The position numbers and the translations under genes are program-made. From Camelus dromedarius (taxonomy: Eukaryota), in assembly GCF_036321535.1 (NCBI RefSeq), contig NC_087437.1, positions 84,136,001-84,200,000 on the forward strand: a stretch of 64,000 bases of DNA, in the 5' to 3' direction. The notes beneath the pieces are model-generated. The model saw nothing but the letters and a program-made list of their open reading frames with translations, had not been told where the DNA came from and searched no databases. Numbering within the stretch: position 1 is the first letter of the stretch; each line of letters opens with the position of its first letter. Positions 12,654 to 25,950 of the stretch are shown here, in pieces.

Positions 12654-14659
12654 TCCCTTAACCTCATAACTTGAGTTATCTAAATTCAAATTCCTAAACT
12701 TAAGATTTATGTTACACTGTTATTGCAAAATTTTAATTAGACAGAAGGGGAAATGTGCCATTTTTAATGATATTTTTCACATCTACATCATTATTCACAT
12801 CCACAAATGTTATTTAATAACCACTGCCTGCTTTGTATTTTCTTTTTAGATTTATTAGCTGCATATAGTCTTCTAATTTATCAGCTATGTGATTAAAATA
12901 TTAGGCAGTATTTCTTAGCATTAACTTTGATAATTCATTAATTACTAAAAAAAATTTATTTTATCTATTATAAACACAGGCTTGACATATGACATGTGAC
13001 ATAAAATATAAGATATTTTTTGGTACTCAGGATCTTCTAATCTGTCAGTGAAGATATAAATTTTAATCAAATAATCATTATATAAAGTAATCTATTAAAA
13101 GTATCACATGATAAATGCATTATAAAAAAGGAACCAATGTGATTTTAACTTCACTGAGATGGTCATTTAGCTACAAGTAACATTTTAACATCCACAACAT
13201 TTTTTTCTGTTTTTTGAAATTAATGCTTTTAATTCAAAAAAAATTTTTTAATAACTGGTGCATCTTCTTCAGAAAAAAGTAATGATAATAATGTAACTGA
13301 TTATCACATCATTAGCTTTGACTGTCAGGAAACAAAATATAGCAATGATGTCAATCTTGATGGTCCAATCATTTAAATTATTATTTGCATCATTTTTAAA
13401 AGCTTGTACTTTTCTTTATATTTTTCCTTTATATATTTTATTTCTCTTTTATTATTAATTTATTACTTTTCTAAATCACCTGATTTCCTTTATAAAACCT
13501 GTTTGAAGTTTAAAAAATACTTATCTTTTTAAAAAATCTTGTAGCTTCTTAAACTATATTTTTTGTTCTCATAATACCAAAACATAACTGCTTTAATGAG
13601 AAACATTAGTAATATATCTGAAAGTTGAACTTTTTTTCTGCTGGAATATCAATTTTCATGTAAATGATTATTTATGACAGTACATATTCTCAGGGAAATA
13701 TATTTAAGGAAAATACTAGGAGATAGAGGAATTTAACCTTCAGTTACTTATGATTTTAAAAGTTGGTTAACAGATAATAAAGGCTCTCTTAGATTTGCGT
13801 GTTTTTCTCAATATAGGTCTAAATTTAAATACAAAAGCAAAAGCTTATCCTACCTCCCTTATGTAGAATTAAGTACTACTAACTTTCAGTTTTCAATTTT
13901 CAATCATTTTATCATTTAAACCATTCTTGATTATTCAAACCTTAAAAAAAAAAAAACTGGGTTAAAAAAAGCCAGAATTTACCAATGATTTTAGCTTTCA
14001 ATAAAAAAAAGCTGAATATGCTGACTATTCTTACATGTCTCACTGAGAATTCAAATGTCTTGTTCAGCATAACCCATGACATGTTATAGTCTCCTTTTGA
14101 GTTATATTCAGTGGTTTAGAAAAATCATAAGGCATGAGGTTGAAGGCCAAGTACCCTCAACACTTATGAAGTCAGTAAATCTCATTATCAATCCTTGTCC
14201 TTGAATATGTTTATGTACCATTATGAAATGTTCACAGATTTAAACCAGATGTATATAATAACATGCTTTTAAACTATTCTAAATATAGCTATGCTGTAAA
14301 AACTCAATACTCAAATATAGAATATATTTATATCTCTTTAGTTTAAATATACACAAAGACACATTTTACAAATATATTTTCCTCAAATAGATAGATACAT
14401 ATAAAATCACTTTGTTAAAGTTAGAAATAATAGAAATTAAAGCAAAACCCATTCCTTCAGCTCAAAAATGTCTTAATCTTACATAATAAATTTCATATTA
14501 GGTGCTCAGTCTTCAGTTTTTCATCAGGTGGTAGGCTTAAAATTCCCTAATGTGCACAGGTATTTAGGTAAAAGACTACTATAGACCACTGTCTGAAAGT
14601 AGGGGTAGGGAAGCGAACAAAGTAGTGCTTCAATTCTATCTAATACATTTTAATACTAA

Positions 14660-15299
14660 AAATTAAGTTTGGTTGAATTTGACAGAAAATACAATTAACA
14701 GGACTTGCACAATTTAGAAGCTCATTTATTTCTCACAGGAAAACACAAATGTAGGCAGTTCATAGCTGACAGAGTAGCTCCACAATTTCCTGCAAGCAAG
14801 CTTCCAACTTTCTATGTTCCTTGGATAGGACCCTCAAATTTATAACTCCAGAATCAGCACCAGCCATCACATTCACATTCTGAGTATTAAAAATAAAAGG
14901 AAAAGAAGGCAGAGATTCTCAAAGTGTAGCCTCAGACTAGCGGAAGAGTATCGCCTAGAGACTTGTTAGAAATGCAAATTTTCAAGCCCCTCTCCAGACT
15001 TACTAAATCTTTTACTCTGGGATGGCACCCAGCTGTTTCTTAACAAGCCCTTTAAGTGATGCTGCTACAAGCTAAAGTTTGAAGACCACTGCTTAAAGGG
15101 TGTATCTCAGAAGTTATGCACATCACTTTCCCTCACATTCTGTTGACCAGAATTTAGTCATACGATCACACATAGCTGAAAAGAAGGTGAGGAAATGCAG
15201 TTGTTACTTTAGTCACAAGCCTCACTGAAAATCAGGGATTTCATTGGTCTAAAGAAAGGGAGATGGAATACTGGCAAACACTATTGGCCTATGTCACAT
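14660..15299 (-). mobile_element. MaLR LTR, MLT1J-like, split by a MER5A insertion
   Basis: 'cagccatcacattcacattc' before the insert and 'cacattctgttgaccagaatttagtcatacgatcacacatagctg' after it resemble contiguous antisense MLT1J. Confidence 0.7.
14910..15091. mobile_element. MER5A non-autonomous hAT-Charlie DNA transposon
   Basis: TIR-like ends CAGAGATTCTCAAAGT...AGTTTGAAGACCACTG; internal 'gacttgttagaaatgcaaatt'; ~180 bp. Confidence 0.85.
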
Positions 15300-15499
15300 A
15301 ATTTTATAAAGGAAGGTGGGGGGCAAGAACTATAGAAAACAAGAATTATTTCCCATTAAAAGTTCTACTTTTATTAAGAAAAATATTTTTTGACTGAAAA
15401 GAGAATGCTATTTTTCGGGGTATTTATTGGTTTTAATGGCAGCCCTTTCTCTTACCTTATTCAATTTCTAAATCATGTTAATAATAGAGAATGAGGAAC

Positions 15500-15620
15500 A
15501 TTGTTGTCCCCATTTTAAAGATAAGAAAACTGAGATTCCCAAATTACAGATTTCTTACTCAACATCTTACACACCTGGCTGGTTAAGAAAACTAAGACTT
15601 AGAAATTAGGTTCCTTCACC
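15500..15620 (-). mobile_element. MIR SINE fragment
   Basis: 'tccccattttaaagataagaaaactgaga' antisense core. Confidence 0.65.
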
Positions 15621-16924
15621 CCTTACATAATATCACATTTATTTAATGAGGGCTACACTCTTTATCCTTAATTTTTCAACACCTTAGCTTTCCACTTTTC
15701 TTTTCCTTTCTCAAACAAATTTTTTTCTTGCAAATCTTCCCCATGAAAATGCTGAAGGCTTTTTAAATGTGAAGGCTAAAATAATAGTTTACATAGCAAG
15801 ACTAAAAGAACTTTACAATTACACTGTAATCAGAATGAGACACACTTGACATTTTTCTCTATTTGCTGTTTATATTTCAATCATTGAAACATAAAAGAAG
15901 TAACCGGATTTTAATAACTGAGAAGTGCTAATAACTCAAGATAAATAGCTGCCTAACACTAATATTTCTAAACTTTGATTTGAAGTTAAACTAATGTGAC
16001 AATTCAATCTTTAAGAGACCAGGACAATTGACGTTAAATTGTTGCTTGCTTGTTCTTCTGTTTAAAAAATAGAAAATAGTTGTTATAATGAGAATGGAAA
16101 GTGATTAAAAGCTACTGTTTACTTTTGAAATTATGATCAAAATATTCAACTCTATTCAAGTCACTGATTCTCTTCTCTAATATTTTGGAAATAGTTATTG
16201 CTAGAGTTCTAACAATAGAAACTATCTGATGATTTACTCTAGCATTTTAGAATTTCCATGTGAAAACAACAAAAAGTGCTACGTAGCTTACAAATATGAA
16301 GATAAATTCAACATAACCAATATAGCACAGTGTTAACAGTAAGCATCTATTTTAGAACACAGAATAAAAGAAACTTTACTGAAAAGCCAAATCAGTTTGC
16401 ACATAGCAGTCCTTATACTCTGACTGACATAGGTTTTCTAATGCAGATTCAGCTGCATGGGTGATCTGGTCGTGACTCAGGCAGTTCTAGAGGGAACCCT
16501 TTTGCTCATAACATGCCCTGTCCGAAATTGCATAGTTACTGACTAAACAGAGCCATCATCAATCTCTACATAATAAATTTCATATTAGGTGCTCAATCTT
16601 CAGATTTTGATCAGGTGGTAGGCTTAAAATTCCCTAATGTACACAGGTGTTTAGGTAAAAATCCCAGAAAAGGAGCTGCTTTTCTTTGACAGAGTCCAAA
16701 ACTATAAAAATGAAGCATTTGTATCATTACCACTGTAGGAATAAATGTTCATAAAATAAGGGCATAAAACAAATAATTCATAATTTTATAAAATTATAAG
16801 AATTAATCAACCTTCATGATAAACAGGAAAGAAACAGTACATCAAGCTACTACTAATGAGAGGGAGGAGTAAGTGACCATCTCACGTACATGGAGTGCAG
16901 AACACGTGATCATGATAATTACAG

Positions 16925-17550
16925 CATGCACCATATACTGAGAATTCGTATTTTGCCTGACCATATGTCAAATACTTTATGTACAACATCTCGTTTAATC
17001 TTCATTACCTATCTTTCAGGAGTATTATTCTCTTTTTTCAGTCAGGAATTAGAATTATAGAAATTCATTTTTTAGAGTTACATAGTTAGCTTGGTAAGAT
17101 GGTTAGATAGCCAACAAAAATTTGCACCCCCTTTTTCTAAATGTAGATTAGCAGCTGGTAAGTAGTTGTACAACCTGGGATTATTATATTTCTCAGCCTC
17201 CCTTTCTTTATGTAGGTAGATCTGTTGCCTAATTCTTGTCAATGAATAAAGGTGGCTGTATCACTTTTAGGTCAAGATATTCAGTATCTCTTACCCTGCC
17301 CATCAACTGCATGAGGAAAACTGGGAGGCCCTACAAGGAGGGTGGACCTATGAGATGGCAGGAGCCTATGTCTTCAGATCATTTTGTGGAGGACAGCGGC
17401 ATTACATTTCCATAGTGTTAAGCCACAGACTTCTGAGAATTCTTTTTTTTTTTTTTTTTTTTTTTTGCCATAGTATAACTCTAATACCTACAGTAAGTGG
17501 TAAAACAGGAAATGAACCTAAGTGTGTCTGATTCCAAGACCTGTGTTTGT
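16925..17550 (-). mobile_element. MIR SINE split by an LTR insertion (halves ~16925-17090 and ~17491-17550)
   Basis: 'atctcgtttaatcttca...gttacatagttag' resumes as 'agtaagtggtaaaacaggaaatgaacctaagtgtgtctgattccaa'. Confidence 0.6.
17091..17490 (+). mobile_element. MaLR LTR, MLT1I/J-like, containing an expanded T24 run at 17443-17466
   Basis: 'tatatttctcagcctccctt', 'gagatggcaggagcctatgtc', 'gtgttaagccacagac'. Confidence 0.65.
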
Positions 17551-18544
17551 CCTTATATGTCTTCCTGATGTTCCTAGACAGGTCTGAGTAGAACTGCTCA
17601 ATATTTTAACATGGTTTCTTCCATTAAGGAGTCACAGTTTAAATTGAACAGAGCACCAAGAACACTGGTAACCAGCTTTTTATATATCCTGAGAGAGAAT
17701 GTTAGTAACTCATCAAAGTAATAATGATAATAATGATGGTGGCAATCATCATTATAACAATAATAAAAATAGTTGTGCTGAGTAAAGCGATTCAGACAAT
17801 TTTGTAGAGATACTTTTCTCTACCAAATTCAGAGGAAAAAAATAGGTCCTCTTCAAAAAAATCTGTATTCAAGGAGAGACTCAGTTTTGCTCAGGTCTAA
17901 GTCTTGTCCTCCAACACAATTTATAGAGGCTATGCATTTGGAAGTCAGGGAATGCTATCCATATATTGATGAAGCTGAAACTGTGATCCCCACTTGAATA
18001 TTAATATTTTGTCTATAACTTTATCTGCTGTCATCACTCCCATTACAGCAATGATACTCGCATTTCTTAGCATATGACCAGCACAGAATAAGATCTGGGT
18101 TTAAATACACTGTTAAATTAAAGAAAGACTGAAAGTGGTAAGGATTTGTAAAATCAAAGCTATGTCTTTCCAGGGAAAAAGACCCATTTATTGTTTATTT
18201 AGTTACATGTTGTGGTAACTATATATTAAATTAAAAAAAATTTTGTTAACCAAATAATACATTAAAAAGGAAAAAAAATACTTGTTAATTGAGAATATTC
18301 TTTAACATAGGGATTTTAAACCCCTTAGACTCTCAGAATCACTGGGCCTTTTTCCCCGCCAAGCACACCACACCACTAACCCAGAAGCTACAGGGATAGA
18401 ACCTGAGTATTTTTCTTTTTTAAAGGTTCATACTTCTTTTTCTCCAAGTACCACAAGTGATGCTAAGACTTCCAGACTGAAGGCCATCTTGACAGAAACA
18501 ATAGTATAGAGGCTGCACAATTGAAATATTTACATGTTAAGAAG

Positions 18545-18780
18545 TAGCTAACATTCAATGAGTGTGTAGCATGGCCACACTAAGCAGAATATGGCCATTC
18601 TTTCCCTATAATCTTCACAGTAATTCTTTAACATATATATCAGCTTAATCTTACAGAATGAAAACCTGAAGGTTAGAGAGATTGTGCATATTTCTCAAGG
18701 TCATAAAGTTATTAAATGGTTACTCCTGGATTCAACTTCTTTCCCTCAGATACAGTGCCTATGCTTTTAAACCTCTGTAT
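18545..18780 (-). mobile_element. MIR SINE, near full length
   Basis: 'tagctaacattcaatgagtg...ttacagaatgaaaacctgaaggttagagag...aaggtcata...ggattcaac'. Confidence 0.7.
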
Positions 18781-19114
18781 GAACTTCCTATGCAACAGAA
18801 CATAAATAGCTGTACTCTTCCTCTGCACTATCTAATTAGAGCATCATTAACTCTCCTGGGCTTTTCTGAAAAACATGATTCAATGTACATAGATTTCTAT
18901 AGCTTTCTTCAGTCTGTTTTTAAGGTTCTAATACTCTGACCCATAGTAGAATAGATCTTAATATTGTTGGTTTCAATTAGTTTTGGTAGTTTCTTTTGGA
19001 AACAAAGCTAAGAGTGGAAAATGACAGACTTCTAAGACTATTTTCCACATTTTGTGGAACATCTAGGGAAAGTCTATTTTGCAAATCACTCTACTGTCTC
19101 AAAATTGGTCAGGA

Positions 19115-19175
19115 TAGGAAACCATACAGCTCAGTTTTCTTGGGAGAGTGTTGATTGTGCCCACTGTCCCAATAA
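19115..19175 (-). mobile_element. MER94-like hAT-Blackjack fragment
   Basis: 'taggaaaccatacagctcagttttcttgggagagt' resembles a MER94 end. Confidence 0.4.
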
Positions 19176-21399
19176 AGTGGAAGAACAGTAATATTTTAAT
19201 TTAAGGGCTATTGTAAAGAATAATATAATAATACATATAAAATTTTTGGCAAATGGGTGTACCTGCCAAGTACACTATGAATGTTAGAGATCATTATAAT
19301 TATTAGTGCTATTAGCAAGACGTTATAAACATCTAGCTCTTTTATCCTCTACAACATATAATTTTACATGTTTCTTGGCTTTAAGTATAATCTTTATAAC
19401 TTGCCTGAGTTCTATTTCCCATTCTATATAACAAAGAAATTTTAAAAATAAATCTTAAATCCTTAATTTCTAGAATTTTTTTTTTACTTGTGGTAATTTT
19501 GTTTAGCCTATGAGTCAGTTCATCATGAATTCCAATTTCAGGTACAGAATGTTTAAAATTGAGGTAATGACCCTATTATCCATGCTGAAACACAATATTT
19601 CAGCTTTATATGTACTATGTCAAAGAGAATATGGTAAATAAGTGTTTCCCTTGTAAAATGTAAACAAATTAAACTTGGGTCATATGAGGCAATAAATTAG
19701 AATTCGTTTTTCAGTTCCTGTAGATTGCTTTCTCCTTTCATTTCTTGATTTTCAGATCTTATTTGTGCTGTATTTTACACGTTTATGAGCTGAATATACT
19801 GCCACACATTATAAACTTAGAGTTAAAAAAATCACAACATCTAACCACCTCTTTCTTTATACTGTAATGCCCAACAAGAGAAAAAAAGATGTGAATTTAT
19901 GGTGTGATCTACAAGTAAATGTACACAATATTCTAAGCCATAAATCATATACAAATAATCCAACTATTTCTTTTTTTTTTTAATTTCAAAGGGCTTTACA
20001 GCATTTGTTAAAATATCTGTTGGTCAAAAAAAGAGAATTAGTAACTTATTTCATTTTGAAATAAATGAAGTAGCAAATAGCTTGTTTCAACTAAACTAAG
20101 ATAAAAATCCCTATTCTGTTTTCTAGCACGAGGAGAATATAATAATTTTGTGAAAAATGCCCTTGATGTTTCTCTATTAGGACATAAGATATGAATAGCA
20201 ATTATAATAATTAAATATAATTACATTAAATAATTAGTACTTAAACTATCAATTCCAGTGCTCTACTCAGTAATTAAACACACAGACAAAATTTCAATAT
20301 AATTTATACTGTTCTGTTCCTCACTCAGGAAGTGTTGAAAATAATCTCCTTGTGAGTTTTCAGTTAAACCATCATTGCATTAGCTTTACATCAGGTTTTG
20401 AAGCTAGATAGGTCATAAAACTTATGAAGTGCTCAACTTTCTAAGTGGTTATAGTTTGATGGTTTACCAAATGCTCTAGAAAAGTCACTTTTCCACTTCT
20501 AAACTTCCTTTGAGGTGGAAGCTGGCCCTTCTATGGAGCCTGTGAATAGTGACAGAAGATTTTATTACCATTCACATATCATAGGGTTCAAAGCTACTGA
20601 TACTCAGATTCACAGAATAGGTCTAGAGAGTTTTGATTTCAGTTTGTTTAGAGAGCTCCCTTTTAAAACAACGTACAGAAATAGAAAACGACAGACTTCT
20701 GAGAACCTGGAATTCTCTCCATTTTGTGGAGAACATCAAGGGGAAACCTATTTTTGCATGACTTTCAGAATGTTGACATTCCATCATTCAAAGCATCAGT
20801 GGATAAAAATTATTAAAGAAAAGTAAGCTTATAGACCACTGACTCAGGTACTATTTTAATTTGTAAAAAATTAAATTCTGTCATCAGCAGTTAGAAGAAT
20901 AGATTGTGAAAAGATCACAAAATATTCAGCATCTTGTTAACAGGTTTGATATTTACTAATTATTTTTAAATAATAATATTTAACTTGTTTCTTTATTTTT
21001 CAGATATATAAGAGTCAGACTTTATATTCAGCCAGCACTCACTGGTACAACTTTATAGGTTATTAAAGCATGAAATATTTCTCTACCAAGTGGTAAATAC
21101 CTGGTGTCCAAATTTGCTGAGTGATTATGTCTCACTGGTCTCTATCCTGATTTCCTTTGTCCTATCCTCTCCAAGAGCTGGCAAGGAACCCTGGCATAAA
21201 AGAAGGTACTGAGGATCCTGCTTTTGTCCAGGATCTATTCAACGTCTTATTGGTGTTATAAAACATACTGAATGTGCCCTTAGAAACAGACTGTGCTAAA
21301 CCATCAGCATTCCTTCTCCCAAACTTCCTTAGTGTCTGGAGTGTCAGACCCAGAGGTTGCTTTTAGCTATTATCTTTTTCATTTGGAATGTTAAGCAGA

Positions 21400-21600
21400 T
21401 CAAGCTTTGCTGGACTGAGCTGGTGTTTAGCATTTGGGGGAATCCAGGGACACTGACACTGGGAGATGATGTTAGGGGCTGGCAATTCAAGCAAAAAGTG
21501 ACGGGGCAAATCTAGCCCCTTCCCAGGCAGGCACTGGAACTAAGGTGGGGAGTAATCCAAAAGACAGGAAGAGCAGCAAAGTTCAGTCTTCAGAAATACA
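21400..21600. mobile_element. Possible ancient LTR fragment (MamGyp-like)
   Basis: GC-richer island with phrases recalling old Gypsy-type LTRs; no termini identified. Confidence 0.25.
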
Positions 21601-22558
21601 CCTCATAAGAAGTCTGTCCATCAAACTCCTACACTGCTTCTTGCAGTGTGGGTGAATGGAAGATATTCCATGCACAGAAGCTGCTATACCACTGTCCTTC
21701 TCAATGTCCAAGAACCCACTTCACCTAGAGCCAGCAAGATTCTTGCTCTTGTGAGCAACCAGATCTTTTTCTTCCTACAGGCTAGGCATTCCTGAAAAGA
21801 ATCATTTAATTTTTCTCTAACAAAGGGTGGTGTCTGGACAGAAGGCAAGGCTCCTTTGTGAAGTGCCCATGTCACAAAACATGTCTGCTTTTCTACTGGA
21901 CTAAACTCAATATGTTTTGCAGTGATCCCCAAAGCCCTGAGACCTACTCCTCAACTAATTATCCTATTATGTTTAATTGCCACTAAAATAATTTTAATAA
22001 TATGCAATTTGATAACAGGCTAAAATTGAAACTTTTAAAAAGCAATAAATTAATATATTTTAGATATTGAAACTAGTAATTCAAAAAAGTATTCATTAAA
22101 ATAATAAAACATTCTCCATGTACAAAATCTTTTTACTTTTCTCTATGGCATAATTTTATTAAATCATTACTATTTTAAGCAGATGTTTAAATCTTCAGGA
22201 TATTTGAAATATTAAATAGTAAAATATAACCAATGAATGTTTAAAAATAATTGCCAATATATGTATGTACATATCTCTGTCTGTATACATTTATGTGTGT
22301 ATATTTATGTTTCCTGGTAAACCTTGTGATTTAATACACTTTCCATTTCCTAACTGTATTATTATTGGGAGTACAACAGTAATAACTTTAATATTGTAAA
22401 ACTACATTAAAATATATACTTGATATACTATACATAAAGATATTTAATATTTGTGTTGCATTAAAATTCAATAATTTTTTTTAAAAATCAATAAATTTCA
22501 AAATCATTTTTTAGTAAGTACAATACAAGTAAACTAAGAAACGCCTGCTTGGCACATA

Positions 22559-23042
22559 CAGGCACAACTTGGAGATACTGTAGGTTCTCTCCCAGACCAC
22601 AACAATCAAGTGAGTCACACATATTTTTTGGTTTCCCAGTGCATATAAAGGTTTTGTTTACATTACACTGTAGTCTACTAAGTGTACAATAGCATTATGT
22701 TTAAAGAAACTGTGTATATACCTTAATTAAAAAATACTTTATTGCTAAACAATGCTAACCATCATTAGAGCTTTCAACAACTTGCAGTGCTTTTGCAATA
22801 ATGATGCCAAAAGATACTGATCACAGATCACTAAGAAAAATATAATAATAATAAAAAAGTTTGAAATATTGTGAGAATTACCAAAATATGACAGAGTAAG
22901 GAAATACTTTTGGAAAAATGGTGCAGATAGACTTGCTTGATACAGGGATGACACAAACCATCAATTTGTAAAAAAAAAAAAAAAAAATACAGTATCTGAG
23001 AAGCATGATAAAGTGAAGTGCAGTAAAATGAGGCACACATAT
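22559..23042 (-). mobile_element. Internally deleted Tigger1 DNA transposon (Tigger1a-type, TcMar-Tigger)
   Basis: Starts TA|CAGGCACAACTTGGAGATACTG...CCAGACCAC and ends 'ataaagtgaagtgcagtaaaatgaggcac'; both Tigger1 ends lie within ~480 bp with no transposase. Confidence 0.85.
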
Positions 23043-24026
23043 CTAAATTGTAATTGAATATAAACACTGAAGGATATAAGGCTTTTGCTACATACAGAAG
23101 TTTTAAACTTCAACATAAAGAAGACATTATAGCTCAAAATTTTATAATAGTTATTATATATTGATTTTATATTAATCCAATAATTTCCAGAGAACATTAA
23201 AATAATTTGAATTTATATAGTCATTATATACATAAATAGTTCTCAAATGGGAATTTTAAATTTTATCTCATCAATTTCAAAGACAGGACTTCTTGATTTA
23301 TTTTATTGGTAGGAGAGAAATATACTCAGTCTGTCTAACTAAAGAGATGAAAAGTATTTTAAGAAGTAAAACTAAAAAAAAATCAAAGTTCAATTTTATT
23401 TCCGAGGCCTAGAATAAATAGTAAAGTATAAGTGAAACAGAAACAACAAACCCAATTATATGGTAACATTTAACTCATACTATCTATTTTTATCTGAGTT
23501 TGCATAATAAATTATTTTTGACAACATCTTTATGGTTTATAAATGAAATATGAACCTGTGAAATGTATTATATTAGGCTATAAACAAGCTGCTTTGATAT
23601 CTGATTCATATAAAGCATTATCACTGAGCACTAGATACTCTTCAGTACCCCCAAAGTGACTTGCTTAAGGCTGCATCCAGCCACTCCATCAGAGATTCAC
23701 CGCACAGGAACACATTTGCCATGTTCTATGTCACTTATGTTTATAGCAGTATTTACTTCAAGCTAGATATATTTTATGACTCAGTTTGTCAAAGTTCTTT
23801 TACTCCATCATTCAAACTACAAATTTCTAAGAGCAAAAGGGAGAGCTGGTAAGTAGAGGACATATAATTCCTAAGGTTGAGTTCATGGAGTGATGTTTAA
23901 AGGCAGAATGAAGCTTCCATATACTGACTATACATATAATTTGTGTGAATTGTTTTTAATGAAAGAAACATTTCTTTATAAAATTTTTACTTTCTTGGTC
24001 ATATTAAGCTAAGTGTAGGAGCCAGT

Positions 24027-24253
24027 TATAAACTTGGGATTTGAGATTTGCAAAGGCAAGCCACTATATTAAAAATAGATATAAAACAAATTTCTTCTGT
24101 ATAGCACAGGGAACTATATTCAATATCTTATAATAACCGTTAATAAAAAAGAATATAAAAAAATATATGTATATATTTGCATGACTGGGACATTATGCTG
24201 TACACTAGAAACTGACACACTGTATGTAACTGACTATACTGCAATTAAAAAAA
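24027..24253 (+). mobile_element. 5'-truncated lineage-type L1 3' end
   Basis: 'ctgtatagcacagggaactatattcaatatctt...tgctgtacactagaaactgacacactgt...actatactgcaattaaaaaaa' resembles an artiodactyl L1 3' UTR with a short A tail. Confidence 0.8.
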
Positions 24254-25619
24254 TTGTTACTGGAAGTCATTTCAAAGTGCAATATTTTAATGTAATCATA
24301 TATCTCATGATCTTAAAATATTTTAATGCCAACCTGGCACTATTCAAAGAACTTTAAAGTGCTGAAAGTACTTCTATGTAACTATTCAAATCATGGAAAG
24401 TATTATTTTGCTAATGAATTCTAAGATCTTTCTTAAAATTTATCTTTAGATTTACAGGTGATCTTTATAATATTTAGATAAAGTTCTAAAATAATGAGAG
24501 CCAAGGAAGTATAATATGTAAGTTATTTTCACATTTATTGTATCATCATCACACATTTATCCTGAGGGCACTGAGTACACAAAACTATATCAGATGCTAC
24601 AGGGTTCTTGTCATTTATTTCACAAGGTCCATGCTCTAGAGCTTCTTATGAACTAATGAAAGATATTTTAAAAATCCTGTAATCAAAATTGTCTATAAAT
24701 ACCAATTACATAGATACATTCAGAAATGGGTTTAAATTAGACTGAAAGAATTTACAATCAACAAAAAGATGTAACAAAATGTCTTGGAAAATTAAATATA
24801 AAATAAAACACTCAAAATACAAGTAAACGAGAACAAAGAAAGTAGCACAAATCACGTAATTGGAACTAACTGGGATTAGTTAGGACAGTTTTTTGATTGG
24901 ATGAGTACTGAGTTGGATTTAGGAATAGTAAATGATTGGCAAACAGATACTGACAGAAATTCCAGACAGCAAGAATGGTACCTACAAAGAACATAGGATG
25001 TCTGAATAAATTTAAAGTCCTGCCTGTGGTTGCATTAGACTTAGGGAGGAAAGGACTCTGTGTAGCATGTGAAAGGCAGAGAACTTTCTACAGAATAGCA
25101 TTTCCAGTATAATAATGAAGAAAAGTCGGAGAAATCTGTTATTACAGGGTAGTAGAAATAACTGTGCCAGTGTATAAGTGTGTATGTGTAAGTGTTGTAC
25201 AAGCACAACAGAGGAAATGACAGAATGGGATAAGTCAAGGATATCTGCCTCTATCTGCTATTTTTGTTGTGCATGACGCAAATAAAATTTAGCAATTAGT
25301 GTTTTGCAATGGATGAAAAGTAAGATAAAACTGCTTCCATAGGAACATTATAAATAAAATTAAGAGACACAGTAAGTTTACTATAATGAAATATTTAATT
25401 TTTCTCAATACTATAAATATAAATAGGGTCTCTTCTGTCTATGTTTATAAATATATACTATATACTAAATATATATAAATACATACATATATTAAAAACT
25501 TTAATAAAAAGCACCATTGCTATCTAAATCTTTGAAGAAGCGTTTTAACAGTTTGACCTGCATCTAATAGACAGTTTTATAAGCATTAATATCCATCTGC
25601 AAACATACAACACATACAT

Positions 25620-25950
25620 ACAATTTCTATTTTAAACAAAAATGAATTCATACAATTTTACTGTTATGTTAGCTGTTTTTTTGCTTTGTCCCGTATCATA
25701 GACAGCTTTAATCTCAGACTTACTTGTCCTTTCTACTGGCTAAATAGAATTCAAGGTATGTATACACAATAATCTAATTTACTCATTTCTCTATTTGGGA
25801 ATATTTAGATTTTCTTTCATTATTTAACTATTAAACATAATGATTCAGTGATTCTCTTTGTGTATTTAAGTTTGCAGATTTGTGTGACTATGGCTACTAA
25901 ATAAATTTCTAAACATGGAAAAGCTGGAAATCAATATTTGAAAGAAAGAT
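25620..25950 (-). mobile_element. Old L1ME-like fragment
   Basis: 'ctattttgggaatatttagatttt...taaatttctaaacatggaaaagctgg'-type antisense L1ME phrases. Confidence 0.45.
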
